Part shown: positions 17,551 to 27,478 of the stretch, piece after piece
Layout: every line of letters begins with the position of its first letter
How positions within the stretch are numbered: the stretch's first letter is position 1
DNA from: a virus
DNA length: 64,000 nucleotides
Reading direction: 5' to 3' (one strand)
Virus record (IMG/VR): IMGVR_UViG_3300039190_000120
Span: 1-64,000 of that record
Notes under the pieces: model-generated
What the model was told of the DNA's origin: nothing
The model's database searches: none
The model's input: the letters and a program-made list of their open reading frames with translations, nothing else
Translations under genes and position numbers: made by a program

Positions 17551-20500
17551 CTATGAACTCGATAGGAGTTTGATCAGTTCCTTTCGTCGCTTCCTTTGAC
17601 GCCGGGCTAGATTCTCTCGGTACCTATCACGCCGGGCCAGTGTACCATCTTCTAGGTTCGTGCGGAAGTCGATCCACGTGTACCTTATGTCATACAACGC
17701 TTCGGTACCCTTGAGAATGCCCTCGATCTCTTGTCGGAGGTTCGGGCTCTGGTCACGAATCCAGTCATTGCGTGTGTCGACCGCCTGAATGTGACGGTCC
17801 AAGGTAGCATCGTCAGGGTCTCCCGGCCTTTCCAAATAGGAGAGCGGTGTGCCCTCTAGGTCATCAGGATCGTGAATCGTCATTCGTATGCCATCATCCA
17901 ACCTATCAATCAGGTCTAATACATTGATGTATTCAAAGAGTATGAGCTGATAGGTCTTGGGCTGGAAGATGCTTCCCCGATACACCTCAAAAGAAGTGCT
18001 GGCTTCGTCCGTCAGCGAATAGGTCGTATACTCATTCGAGCCAGATACGAGTAGCTTCTGGGGTGACGAGCCTGAGTCAATGGAGTCCACGGTGTAGAAG
18101 CCCCGGTTATCCCCCTGTGCGACGACCACAAAGTCACCTTTCTCGACTCCGGCATTCACAAAGTCTGTGCCCTCAAAGCTCCCGCCACTTACAGATCCCG
18201 ACACCGAAACGACAGGGACCCCAAAGACTCGATCCATCAGTACGAGGAGTCTCTCTTTATAAGGTGTCGACGGGTTGGAAGAGGTCGCCCCCAAGTAAGG
18301 CTGAATATCTGCATCACTATCGCTATTGAGAGCATAGGTCACTCTCTGCCCAGCCAGCTCTGTTTGGAGGGCCTCGACCTGCGGAGAGAATCGTCGTGGC
18401 TGTGAGACTCTCCAGTTCACGGGATAGAGAGGCGTAAGGGCCGTGTGATCTCCATCGTCCGTATAGAGAGGCTCTTCCACCACGATTGCCGATGGGGTAG
18501 CAGTGGCATCCACCGACTCGACGGTGTAGCGCCCAGCATTCAGGTTCGTGCCCGTGATTACGAGGGTCTGCCCGGCCTCGACGTCACCCACCGGGTCAGG
18601 AGTCAGAAGGGTACGTGTTGATGCCACGGCTTCTGCGGTTCCCGTTGCAATATCCGGGGCATTGGAGATACCCACCACTACTGGCGTGGTATCCGCCAAT
18701 GGAATCACTTCGGGATAGAGATACCCACTACCACCACCCCGTGCTACATAGGTTCCATTGTTAGGCCCGGAAGACGAGACGGTAAGCGCGCCTTGGGCTG
18801 CTGAGAAGTCGATAGTACCATCGTCGATTCTATGTAGTCCAGCCGGGATGCTTCCTGTACCACTGGCTTCTAGGAAATAGTTAGCGGGGCCAGACTCAGC
18901 AATCGGGCTCGTCACCTCCAGATAACCATTCTGGAGGTCGTTCACAGAGTACGAGCTGTGCCCACCCGCACCATCATCCACATGCAGCGTAAGGGAGGAG
19001 GCACCTGAGAAGGCCGTGAAGTCAACAGCATCTTCCCATCTCTCATTAATGCTACTGTGCCTAGATCCCGTACCCTCGTAGAGGTTCTCCACCGTGTAGA
19101 CAACGGACGCATCCTCGACTACAAAGGCGGCCAACACCAACTCTGTTGTTGAAAGGGCTCCCACGGAGAACGGGATGCTCTGGCCTCCATTAGTAACGCC
19201 CTCTATCAGTACGAGATCATGCCTGCGTGGAGGCGCTGTGAGCCCCGTGAGGTTAGGCACAGAGAGAGTCGTGGCATTCAGGACCGTGGCGTCCACCACT
19301 TGTCCTTCATGAGTGTCATTTTGCACCACCTCGTTTGCTACCACCTCTCGAATAAGACGCTGCATCTCGCTGTCTTGAAAAGGCTGGACATACGGAGGTT
19401 TCTGGTCCCCGTCGTCATCGGTAGTACCTCCATCAAGAGCTGGGAAGCGGTGGGGCTCCAAGCTCTGGTTACGGAAGTTCACCGTCATATCTAGGAAGGT
19501 CTTGGGCTCGATCTGAGCTTGTCCCAAAAGATCCGCCATGAAGCTGGGAAGCGTTGTATTCAGAAGCTCACCCTCAGATGCGTTCACAAAGAGATCGAGA
19601 GGTGTGCGATAGTAAGGAGGATCTCCATCTGATAGGGAGAAGGCTCCCGTATCCACCATAACAGCGGGGATCGTGTATACTGTATCACCCCTCTCAGGGT
19701 TCAGGCTTGTAGCATTCGTTGCCGTGAGGTTTGGGTGGTCGCCCCCGTGTGGGTTTGTTTTGACCTCGATATAGTCAGCGCCCACCGATGTGACGATCAG
19801 GTTCTCCCCGTATACAGAAGTGGTGCGGTCCACACCCTGAGCGCCCCCGCTGTACGTAACACGCCCGATATTCACGTGGTCCCCAACCTCGAAGGGAGGA
19901 AGATACTTCGTAGGTACCGGGTTCGTGGGGTCAAAGGGGCTGTTCGTAAACTCCCCGGTCATGGGATCGAAGCCCACTGCCACCTTGAGCCGCACTTCTC
20001 CACCATTGCCATCCTGAGATCCCTCCACCCCCTCCGTAGTGACCCTTGCCTTAGCCGCACGTACACGAATGTTCTCGATAGAGAGAATGCTGTCCTGCTT
20101 GGGATCTGCCAAGATATGCAGGAAGTCCTCCGGGAACTCATAAGACCCACCACCGTCTGCTGGAGCAGTGATCGTAAAGGTCTGCTTCTGCTCAGGATAC
20201 AGGCGGCTTAGTCTCGACGGCTTCCACATAGGTCGGAACGTACCCTTGTACTCAAAGGATAGAGGGAGAGTAGAGCCAATATCAAAGGGCTTCTTACTCA
20301 CCATCACCAAGTCGTCAATGAAGTTACGCACGTACCCGGTCTGGCTATCTAGATCCTTGACCTGCTCAATATCTGAGGCGCTTGGCTTCTGGCCGGGGTT
20401 CTGTGGGTTGGCGTAATAAGGGAGCAGCTCTCCTGTGATGGGATCTACACCTCCGGGCTGATAATCCCCTTGGAGTTCAAAGAGAAACTTGCCATCTCTG

Positions 20501-23500
20501 TCCCCAATCACACGTCCATCTATGACTTCTAGCAGAGCCTCGAAGCCGTCAACCACCCTATTGTAGTAGGCCAGTAGGACACGTCCAGCTCGATCTTGAT
20601 CTCGGAGGTCGCCGCCCTCATAGATAAGACCCTCATTGCCTTTCTGGTAGATCTCTTGGGAGCCGGAGGTGGAAATTACAGGACCCGAAGATGCAGCCTG
20701 TGCCTTGGCATTCCGATCAATCTGAGAGGCTACTTCCAGTGCGTACTCTTCCATCTCGATGGCCCGGAAGAAGAACGTATCAGGGCTCAGGAAGTCGTAA
20801 CTGGCCTTGAGTGTGGCATTTTGGAGTCCGTTGTCCTCGGAAGCGTTGACCCGTCTTGTGTAAGAGGCTCTAAACTTTGGGAGGAAGGTCTGGCCGCCAA
20901 TTTTCTTCGGCCCCACGGAACGCAGGGCTGTATAGGCTAGGTGCCATACCTCTCCATCCTTAGGGGCATCGGTGACGGTAGGCTCGATGATGATACGGCC
21001 ACCGCTTTCATACGTGTAGGCAAAGTCCTGCTCCAGAACAGAACCTTCACCATTGGGACCAAAGCGAATGAGGGTGATTGGCTCGGTATCTACGCCGATG
21101 CGACTGAATTTCAGGAACTGAGCATCCGGGACATAGACCGGATACTTTGAGATCACCAGAGCGGGCTGCGTATACTCACGCATCAGGTTAGAGGCAAAAA
21201 CCACACGGGTAAGGGCTGCCTCTTCGTCATAGGACACCCCTTGAATATAGTAAGGATCGCCATCAAGGTAGAGTAGAAAGCCTTCTTCGAGGGTGCTCGT
21301 CTGGTCTCCACGAACCTGTAGCTCGGCGGTTCCAGCGCTGTTGGGCTCCGAAGAGAAAGCTAGGGACTCCAGTGCCTCAATCGGGGTTGTAGTGACAAGC
21401 ACCGTGGGCTGCCGGAGCGTCTCACGAGGCGGCACACTAAGCTCTATCTCAGTGATGTTGGTACCAGCGTCATAGCTTGCCTGCAGGACCTCAAAGCTCT
21501 GGTCATCGGCCTGCATAAAGATGCCGGGCTCCAATACATCGGTGTGATCTCCTCGGAACTGTTGGCTGGTGGCGGCTGCGAATATCACAGGAGGGGTAAA
21601 AGGCTCCTGTAGGAGGGAAGCGGTTTGTTCACCACCCGCAGCGTCGAGAGCATAATAGGAGACGTGTACCTTTCGCCCACTGCGAACCGACTGTACATTA
21701 ACAGTCTTTGTGGAAGCACTGGCATTTAGATCGGAGGGTACGCCGTTAACCAAGACCTGCATAGCCCTTTCAGGGTCGAGGGTACGACCTGACCCGAAGC
21801 TCAAGGTAGCGGAGCTTCCAGCACGACCAGCATCCTCTTTGACACGGAAGCCTACGTTATCCTCGACGGTTCCATTGGCTGTCTGGTACCTCACGAAGAG
21901 GCTCTGGCCTGTCCTAAAGGGCTTCTCGAAAAAGAGCAGTTGTCCTCGTTGGGTATATCCATCCTCAGGGACAAGCGACCGGACTACCAGAGGCTCAGGT
22001 TGGAGGTCTGCGGGAAGACCGATCTCTCCTGTGGACGCAAGTACCTCCACCGGGCCGGTACTGCGACCCACACTTAGAGAGGGGTCCAACACAACGGAAG
22101 CACCCTCGTCTGCGACATTGAAGAGCAGGGTCTTCCCATCCCCATCAATGGCGTATTCACCGGGGCCGGGGTTCGAGGACACCTCGGTAAGCTCCACCTC
22201 TTCTCGCCAGAGCTTATACTGTGCTGTGGCATCCCTGTAATGCACGGGTAACTCGGGGCTCTGAGAGATAGGCCCAAGCACCTCAGACTCTAGTACCACA
22301 TGAGCTACCACTGTCCCGTCCAAGACAAACTCGTGGTCCTCACCATCTGGCACATAGGTGTCCACGTCAGTGACCACATAAGGGAAGACCGTACGCTCTC
22401 GGAGGTCAGCTTGCTCAAAGGCATAGCGGTAGATGATCTCCGGGGCCTCTAAGATCTTGAACTCAGTGGTATCATTACCGTCCAGATCCAGTGGCCTATC
22501 TACCGTCACTGAGGTCGAAGTTGAAGACAGGACACGATAGGCATCGGAGCCCACCAAAAGAATGGGGCTCTTTGTAGGTTCGGGAGGCACAGAGAGGCCA
22601 CTGAGGTCGACAGAGGTGGCTTCTAGTGTGTCAGCACCTGTGAGCGTTCCCACATCCTCGTAGAGCTGCTCTCCGACCTTCTCAATGAATGTGAGCGTGC
22701 CCGAATCGAAGTTGGCAAGAACCTCGTTGGAGCCCACGAGATTCTGATACCCACCTCCCTCATTCAGCTCGAACTCATATCCCTCGTCATGCAGCACTTG
22801 GTGCGGCAACTGGAGCGAGTACGTGGGCGAAGCTAGTACCTCATTGTGACTCTCTTGCTGTGCCCACTGGAGCTGTTGGTTGTCGAAGTCATAGATCACG
22901 TCCACATCGGGCTCTAGAAGACGACGCTTAGGTCCCTTCTGTACCCGGAAGAACACATCGTCTCCGTAGCCTGCCACATCTTGGAGGGGGAGCTGGTTGA
23001 GGCGCAAAGAAGGGCCTGCCGGGATGGAGTCGGAAAGCACCGTATCCACCACTCTCTCCACACCCTTACCATCAGGAAGGCCTCTGTTGTTTGAGGGGTC
23101 CACCGGGCTCTGGGCAAGTCTAAAGGAAATGCCGTTCTCGATAGGGAAGTCAGAGGTTCCGGCCACCAATGTAGATCCAGCTTCCTCTCGCCTCAGTGCG
23201 TAAGATAGCTGGACCTGTCCGTTGCTTCGTGCCACCTGTGCTCGTGTAGCGGGGAGGTTCAGGGAGTCCTCAAGGTCTGCGGGTTCCGCTACGAAGTCCA
23301 CCTCTGAGATAGAGACGCCCGTCTCTTTGATGTAGAGCAGGAGGCTATCTTCGTCGTACTGTGAGAAGTCCACGTTCCCCATCGTGGTACTCATAGCATC
23401 CCCATCCTCAATCGTCCCCAAGTCGGTATGGACGTAGGACTCGACGGGCTCTGTATTGGAGAAGACGCCATCGTAATAGACAGAGGCACCCTCAAACTCG

Positions 23501-24477
23501 GCTTCGAGCGAGGTGTCAAGATGGATCTCCCCGGTGTCCGGGTTCCATACGTAATCATACCCCGTAGAAGGTGCCGTCAGGGACGTAGATGATTCACCTC
23601 GAAGGTGAGAGCGATACTCGATTCGGATTCGAGGGGACTCCGAAGAGGTCGGAATCGGGTTCATGTAAAGGTCGGAACCTACCACGCCGATCTCACCAGT
23701 GCTCTGGTCATACCCAAAGAAGTTGGTGCGGAAGCAGTAGACCGCCTGATTGAGGTAGGAGGTCGTCAGGTCATCAGCAAAGAGGAGATCCCCACTCTCC
23801 ACATTCAGAACAGCTTCCCCTGTCGGGACCGTATTGATCCCATTCTGGTAGTTCTGGTATTGTGCAGCAGTGACACGGTTAGCTTCGGGTACAGGTACCA
23901 CCACACCGTCATTCAGGTCTTGGCTACCAACAATCAAGAGAGGCTCGTTGCCTTCCACCACAGGGAGAGATAGTTCCTCCCCGATAGCACCAAGAGCTTC
24001 TGGGCTGGAGCCGGGTAGTGTGTTCCACCTCTGCTTACGGTCGTCAAAACCAAACCGGGTACGCTCGTCATTCGAGGTCCAGTTGATCTTGAGCCTTGAA
24101 GGTTCCCACGTCACCTCGACGTCCTGTGTGGGGTCGGTAGTGTACTTTACCAGACCGGCCAGTTCGTCAGTAGAGTCCGGGGTCGGCGTCACGGAGACAA
24201 CGGATTCGAGAGACCGTCCTCCTCCGTTAAACTGGTAGAGACCGTCCTCTACCTTGGTGGCTACCTCAGTGATCTCCGAAGGGACCACTAAGTCTGCCGT
24301 CTCGTATACCTGCACAAGGTATGCAGTAGAGATAGCTTCGGGGTCGTTCAAGACGGCGGCTTCGTAGGCAGACCGGTCCTGTTGGCGTACCAGTACGTCA
24401 CCCTCTCCAGTGAAAGGGGAGTTACTGCTTGCGGTGCGTGGCTTACGGAGGACAAAACCGTCGAAAGGAACTTGCAT
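17551..24477 (-). CDS. very large virion structural protein (baseplate/tail, beta-rich repeats)
   Basis: 2308-aa ORF with repeated G..L.I..G.N.G.Y.V modules; late-type motif upstream. Confidence 0.7.
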   Translation of the reverse strand: MQVPFDGFVLRKPRTASSNSPFTGEGDVLVRQQDRSAYEAAVLNDPEAISTAYLVQVYETADLVVPSEITEVATKVEDGLYQFNGGGRSLESVVSVTPTPDSTDELAGLVKYTTDPTQDVEVTWEPSRLKINWTSNDERTRFGFDDRKQRWNTLPGSSPEALGAIGEELSLPVVEGNEPLLIVGSQDLNDGVVVPVPEANRVTAAQYQNYQNGINTVPTGEAVLNVESGDLLFADDLTTSYLNQAVYCFRTNFFGYDQSTGEIGVVGSDLYMNPIPTSSESPRIRIEYRSHLRGESSTSLTAPSTGYDYVWNPDTGEIHLDTSLEAEFEGASVYYDGVFSNTEPVESYVHTDLGTIEDGDAMSTTMGNVDFSQYDEDSLLLYIKETGVSISEVDFVAEPADLEDSLNLPATRAQVARSNGQVQLSYALRREEAGSTLVAGTSDFPIENGISFRLAQSPVDPSNNRGLPDGKGVERVVDTVLSDSIPAGPSLRLNQLPLQDVAGYGDDVFFRVQKGPKRRLLEPDVDVIYDFDNQQLQWAQQESHNEVLASPTYSLQLPHQVLHDEGYEFELNEGGGYQNLVGSNEVLANFDSGTLTFIEKVGEQLYEDVGTLTGADTLEATSVDLSGLSVPPEPTKSPILLVGSDAYRVLSSTSTSVTVDRPLDLDGNDTTEFKILEAPEIIYRYAFEQADLRERTVFPYVVTDVDTYVPDGEDHEFVLDGTVVAHVVLESEVLGPISQSPELPVHYRDATAQYKLWREEVELTEVSSNPGPGEYAIDGDGKTLLFNVADEGASVVLDPSLSVGRSTGPVEVLASTGEIGLPADLQPEPLVVRSLVPEDGYTQRGQLLFFEKPFRTGQSLFVRYQTANGTVEDNVGFRVKEDAGRAGSSATLSFGSGRTLDPERAMQVLVNGVPSDLNASASTKTVNVQSVRSGRKVHVSYYALDAAGGEQTASLLQEPFTPPVIFAAATSQQFRGDHTDVLEPGIFMQADDQSFEVLQASYDAGTNITEIELSVPPRETLRQPTVLVTTTPIEALESLAFSSEPNSAGTAELQVRGDQTSTLEEGFLLYLDGDPYYIQGVSYDEEAALTRVVFASNLMREYTQPALVISKYPVYVPDAQFLKFSRIGVDTEPITLIRFGPNGEGSVLEQDFAYTYESGGRIIIEPTVTDAPKDGEVWHLAYTALRSVGPKKIGGQTFLPKFRASYTRRVNASEDNGLQNATLKASYDFLSPDTFFFRAIEMEEYALEVASQIDRNAKAQAASSGPVISTSGSQEIYQKGNEGLIYEGGDLRDQDRAGRVLLAYYNRVVDGFEALLEVIDGRVIGDRDGKFLFELQGDYQPGGVDPITGELLPYYANPQNPGQKPSASDIEQVKDLDSQTGYVRNFIDDLVMVSKKPFDIGSTLPLSFEYKGTFRPMWKPSRLSRLYPEQKQTFTITAPADGGGSYEFPEDFLHILADPKQDSILSIENIRVRAAKARVTTEGVEGSQDGNGGEVRLKVAVGFDPMTGEFTNSPFDPTNPVPTKYLPPFEVGDHVNIGRVTYSGGAQGVDRTTSVYGENLIVTSVGADYIEVKTNPHGGDHPNLTATNATSLNPERGDTVYTIPAVMVDTGAFSLSDGDPPYYRTPLDLFVNASEGELLNTTLPSFMADLLGQAQIEPKTFLDMTVNFRNQSLEPHRFPALDGGTTDDDGDQKPPYVQPFQDSEMQRLIREVVANEVVQNDTHEGQVVDATVLNATTLSVPNLTGLTAPPRRHDLVLIEGVTNGGQSIPFSVGALSTTELVLAAFVVEDASVVYTVENLYEGTGSRHSSINERWEDAVDFTAFSGASSLTLHVDDGAGGHSSYSVNDLQNGYLEVTSPIAESGPANYFLEASGTGSIPAGLHRIDDGTIDFSAAQGALTVSSSGPNNGTYVARGGGSGYLYPEVIPLADTTPVVVGISNAPDIATGTAEAVASTRTLLTPDPVGDVEAGQTLVITGTNLNAGRYTVESVDATATPSAIVVEEPLYTDDGDHTALTPLYPVNWRVSQPRRFSPQVEALQTELAGQRVTYALNSDSDADIQPYLGATSSNPSTPYKERLLVLMDRVFGVPVVSVSGSVSGGSFEGTDFVNAGVEKGDFVVVAQGDNRGFYTVDSIDSGSSPQKLLVSGSNEYTTYSLTDEASTSFEVYRGSIFQPKTYQLILFEYINVLDLIDRLDDGIRMTIHDPDDLEGTPLSYLERPGDPDDATLDRHIQAVDTRNDWIRDQSPNLRQEIEGILKGTEALYDIRYTWIDFRTNLEDGTLARRDRYRENLARRQRKRRKELIKLLSSS

Positions 24478-24532
24478 GATCTACCTGTATACCGAACTAA
24501 AATTCCCTGTAACCTTCTAAGAGGTACAGGGC

Positions 24533-24544
24533 ACAAGGGGATTA
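24533..24544 (-). promoter_or_regulatory. candidate late-promoter element
   Basis: TAATCCCCTTGT about 55 nt upstream of the 2308-aa gene. Confidence 0.45.
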
Positions 24545-24563
24545 TCAGCCTCTCTATTTAGGG

Positions 24564-24728
24564 CTACTCCCCGTCTTCCATTCTAGCAAGAGATACATGA
24601 CGGTGGACGGGACACCGTGTGCAGCGTTGGATGCCCACACCTATAGGCTCGTAGTCTACGCCATCATAGGTCGTAGCGACTCGACTCCAGCGGTGCCCTA
24701 GCACCTTACAGATTAGCTGTCTCAACAT
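24564..24728 (-). CDS. 54-aa zinc-binding-like protein (DUF1660-like pattern)
   Basis: GGAG RBS; MLRQLICKVLGHRW...CTRC. Confidence 0.55.
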   Translation of the reverse strand: MLRQLICKVLGHRWSRVATTYDGVDYEPIGVGIQRCTRCPVHRHVSLARMEDGE

Positions 24729-24745
24729 GGCGGTCTCCAGTCTGA

Positions 24746-25054
24746 TTATGCGAGGTCGTCGAGCGCTGCTTTGATGGCTTCCATATCAGCGGCGGTGATG
24801 GTCGTAACCTCACCACCCTCATTGAAGACCATGAAGGTCGGAATACCCCGGATGCCGTACTTCTTTGCCAGCTCAGGGTTCTCGTCCACATTGATTTTTA
24901 CAAAGGTGGCGTCCTCACGCCCCTCTGAGAGAGCCTCTACCTTCGGCATAGCGACCTTGCAGGGTCCACACCAAGGTGCCCAGAAATCCACTACCACGGG
25001 ACCATCGGCTTCCAAAACGTCTTGCTCAAATGAATCGGTTGTCACTGCTTTCAT
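24746..25054 (-). CDS. trxA: thioredoxin
   Basis: VVDFWAPWCGPCK and YGIRGIPT; AGGAG before ATG 25054. Confidence 0.95.
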   Translation of the reverse strand: MKAVTTDSFEQDVLEADGPVVVDFWAPWCGPCKVAMPKVEALSEGREDATFVKINVDENPELAKKYGIRGIPTFMVFNEGGEVTTITAADMEAIKAALDDLA

Positions 25055-25102
25055 GTGTTCACTCCTATCAGGATCTGTATGAATTTTCAATACCCGTACC
25101 AG

Positions 25103-25114
25103 ATCAAAGGATTA
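25103..25114 (-). promoter_or_regulatory. candidate late-promoter element
   Basis: TAATCCTTTGAT, identical to the copy at 48095-48106. Confidence 0.45.
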
Positions 25115-25345
25115 GCTGTCAAGACTTGATGCCATGTTGACCCGACACTTGATACCGATGGTGCGACCCCGTGGAGTCTGAAACACGACTTCATCAGAGC
25201 GCCTCATGATCTCCATATTGAATCCCGCATGGAAGTCTGCTATCTCCCGAAGTTCTTCGGCATCCAACACTTCCATCTCCTCGTTCCAGTTGAGGGAGAC
25301 AAAATCCTCCACCTCGAAAATGGTCCGGTTGTTGTGGTATTGCAT
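25112..25345 (-). CDS. hypothetical protein
   Basis: AGGAG RBS. Confidence 0.6.
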   Translation of the reverse strand: MQYHNNRTIFEVEDFVSLNWNEEMEVLDAEELREIADFHAGFNMEIMRRSDEVVFQTPRGRTIGIKCRVNMASSLDS

Positions 25346-25358
25346 TCAGGGCTCCTGA

Positions 25359-25736
25359 TCAATCGTAAATGGTGACGACGGTGTAGTCTTTGAGAACGGC
25401 CTTGCCGCCTTCGGAGAGAGGGAGCTTGGAGTTGCCCCCGACTTGGTTGGCGACCTCTTGAATGTCCTTACCGATCGTTTCCCGGATAGCATCCACGTCC
25501 ACTTCGAGGTGACGTTCGATGTACCGGATAACGGCATGGTCGGTAACATGAATCTTTTGTGGCTGGAGAGCCTTACGCTCTTTGTCCAGCGCCTGCTTCT
25601 TCTTGCGAAGCTCAGAGAGGCGGTCATTGGCCTCTGTCACTTCTTCCTTCGTGGCCTTGATCGTTCCATCAAGGTAGGTGATCTGCCTGTTCAGTTGGCG
25701 AATCCTTTCTGACTTTTCCTCGGGGGTAGGCATCAT
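25359..25736 (-). CDS. coiled-coil protein with VTDHAVIRYIER motif
   Basis: AGGAG RBS; N-terminal heptads; C-terminal VVTI. Confidence 0.7.
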   Translation of the reverse strand: MMPTPEEKSERIRQLNRQITYLDGTIKATKEEVTEANDRLSELRKKKQALDKERKALQPQKIHVTDHAVIRYIERHLEVDVDAIRETIGKDIQEVANQVGGNSKLPLSEGGKAVLKDYTVVTIYD

Positions 25737-25769
25737 CGTACTCCTGTTGGTGGGTGTAGTTGTCAGGCC

Positions 25770-26213
25770 TCAACCACGAAGGTCCTCTTCGGTGTAGAGA
25801 TAGGCACGGCGACCGATACGGGCCTGTGCTTTCTTATACGTATCCATTGTACCATCTGAGCCCTGATAACAAAAGGCCGCTAGGACGTGGCTATCTCTGG
25901 CAATCAGAGTGTTGCGGTCGAAGTAGTTGTTCACTCCGTAGGGCTCGTAGCGCTCGTCATCTTCGGGATACCAGTGGGCGGGAATATGCTCGATATACCC
26001 CAGATCGTTCATGAGGGCGTAACTTTTAGCCCAGCCATCCACACCCTTGGGCTGACCCCCAGAGACGATCGTGTTAATCATGGGGTACTCCTCCCTGAGG
26101 GCGTCGACCCGATCAAAAACGAATTGACGATTCGGCCATTCTCGTGACCCTACGACGCCCAGATGGGTAATATCACCAACGCCAAAGAGCTGATTCAATG
26201 TGATCTCTGTCAT
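25770..26213 (-). CDS. SLOG-superfamily protein (YspA/DUF2493-like)
   Basis: VVGSREW, IVSGG..GVDGWA, RNTLIA, S.GT..T. Confidence 0.75.
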   Translation of the reverse strand: MTEITLNQLFGVGDITHLGVVGSREWPNRQFVFDRVDALREEYPMINTIVSGGQPKGVDGWAKSYALMNDLGYIEHIPAHWYPEDDERYEPYGVNNYFDRNTLIARDSHVLAAFCYQGSDGTMDTYKKAQARIGRRAYLYTEEDLRG

Positions 26214-26797
26214 ACTATTTTGCCTGTTCCGGTTCCGATGGTCGGATTGAAGGGGAACACTGGCGAGCCTGCTACAGCGGTATTCACGACACCCGTAGCA
26301 AACCAGAGGGCGATCCCCTGTCCCAGACCTGCCGCCAAGTTGTCGGCCTTAGAGCCTACGATAGCATTCGAGGTAAGCCCTGACTGAATAGCAGAGACGG
26401 CTACAGAGGGGTCGGCATTAGCAACTGCCCCAATACCCGTACCTACTGCGACACCGGCCACTGCTGTCTGGACCACGGCCTCTGTATTGATCACGGTAGC
26501 AATCCCCGTAGCTACCGCTTGCGCCAGCTTGGGTTTATTATAACCCGGAATGGCTGCGGCTGCAAGGTTCGTGTCGATCAGGGAGGCACCGGATGAAGGC
26601 TCCAAGGTCCATTTACCTGTTCCCGATCCTGCTCCCAACGTACCGGCCACCTGTGTTTGCACGGCCAGCGACTGGACAAAGTTCTGCACCCCCACCCCTA
26701 AAGCTGCGGATAGGTTAGATGCAAAAGGCCCTACAATTCCGACGCCGTTGAGCTGGCTCAGAATCGCAGGGGTAAGGTTCAGGGCGGTTACAGGCAT
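26210..26797 (-). CDS. Gly/Ala-rich putative baseplate-tip structural protein
   Basis: internal repeats ending GxGTG; lies downstream of the spike gene. Confidence 0.55.
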   Translation of the reverse strand: MPVTALNLTPAILSQLNGVGIVGPFASNLSAALGVGVQNFVQSLAVQTQVAGTLGAGSGTGKWTLEPSSGASLIDTNLAAAAIPGYNKPKLAQAVATGIATVINTEAVVQTAVAGVAVGTGIGAVANADPSVAVSAIQSGLTSNAIVGSKADNLAAGLGQGIALWFATGVVNTAVAGSPVFPFNPTIGTGTGKIV

Positions 26798-27004
26798 TCA
26801 GGCAGCCCCTAACTTCCGGGCGAGCTTCCAGTGATTGAGGATACGCTCCGCTGTCTCGGCATCGGCCTCAAAGTCAAGGTGCAGCGTGGCATCACCGGAC
26901 TCGACCATCCGTAGCTCACGAGCGAAACTGCGTGAGCCGGTGGAAGCCAGCAAAAAGTCACCATCATGTGTGGTGATAATCCAGCGTCTCTTCTTATTCG
27001 CCAT
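26798..27004 (-). CDS. hypothetical protein
   Basis: ATG 27004 overlaps the upstream gene end. Confidence 0.55.
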   Translation of the reverse strand: MANKKRRWIITTHDGDFLLASTGSRSFARELRMVESGDATLHLDFEADAETAERILNHWKLARKLGAA

Positions 27005-27411
27005 CTCCAAACTCCGTATCTCGTACAAGGGGGATTGTTTGACGTCGGACCCTCTCCTGCTTGATGGTCTTGAGGGCCACCTTCCAGTCATCTTTGTGCA
27101 TGACTCGGAAGGAATGAAACATAGGGTAGCCGTTGATGCTCCGGGGGAAAGCCTTCGACATATACTCAAAAAGGCAGCCTATATCGTCCGCGATAGGCTT
27201 GAGCATATCTCCACCACCCAGGACAAGAGGCATGAAGATTAGGTTCAGGCTCTCGTTCTCGGGCACCTGAGCGGACGTGAAGATGTTCCCGGAAAGGAAG
27301 TCATCTACGAATTCCCGAAGCTCGTTGTCGTCCATACGAGGAAGTTTGGAGAAGGTTTCTCCCTCTTCTACGGTCTCGACGTCCGTCCTCTTTTGTTTCT
27401 TCGTCTACCAC
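26994..27411 (-). CDS. hypothetical protein; possible +1 frame break near 27384 (ORF track starts at 27335)
   Basis: AGGAG then GTG 27411 (MVDEETKED); +1 frame continues DVETVEEG...MDDNEL; PRSINGYPMF motif. Confidence 0.6.
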
Positions 27412-27449
27412 GGTATCAACGCTCCTATAAGGGTAGGTCTGATACGTAA

Positions 27450-27478
27450 TTGATACCACAGGATATGAGGTACGTCAA
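27450..27478 (-). promoter_or_regulatory. sigma70-like promoter driving accessory genes inside the tail operon
   Basis: TTGACG-17 nt ending TGG-TATCAA. Confidence 0.6.
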
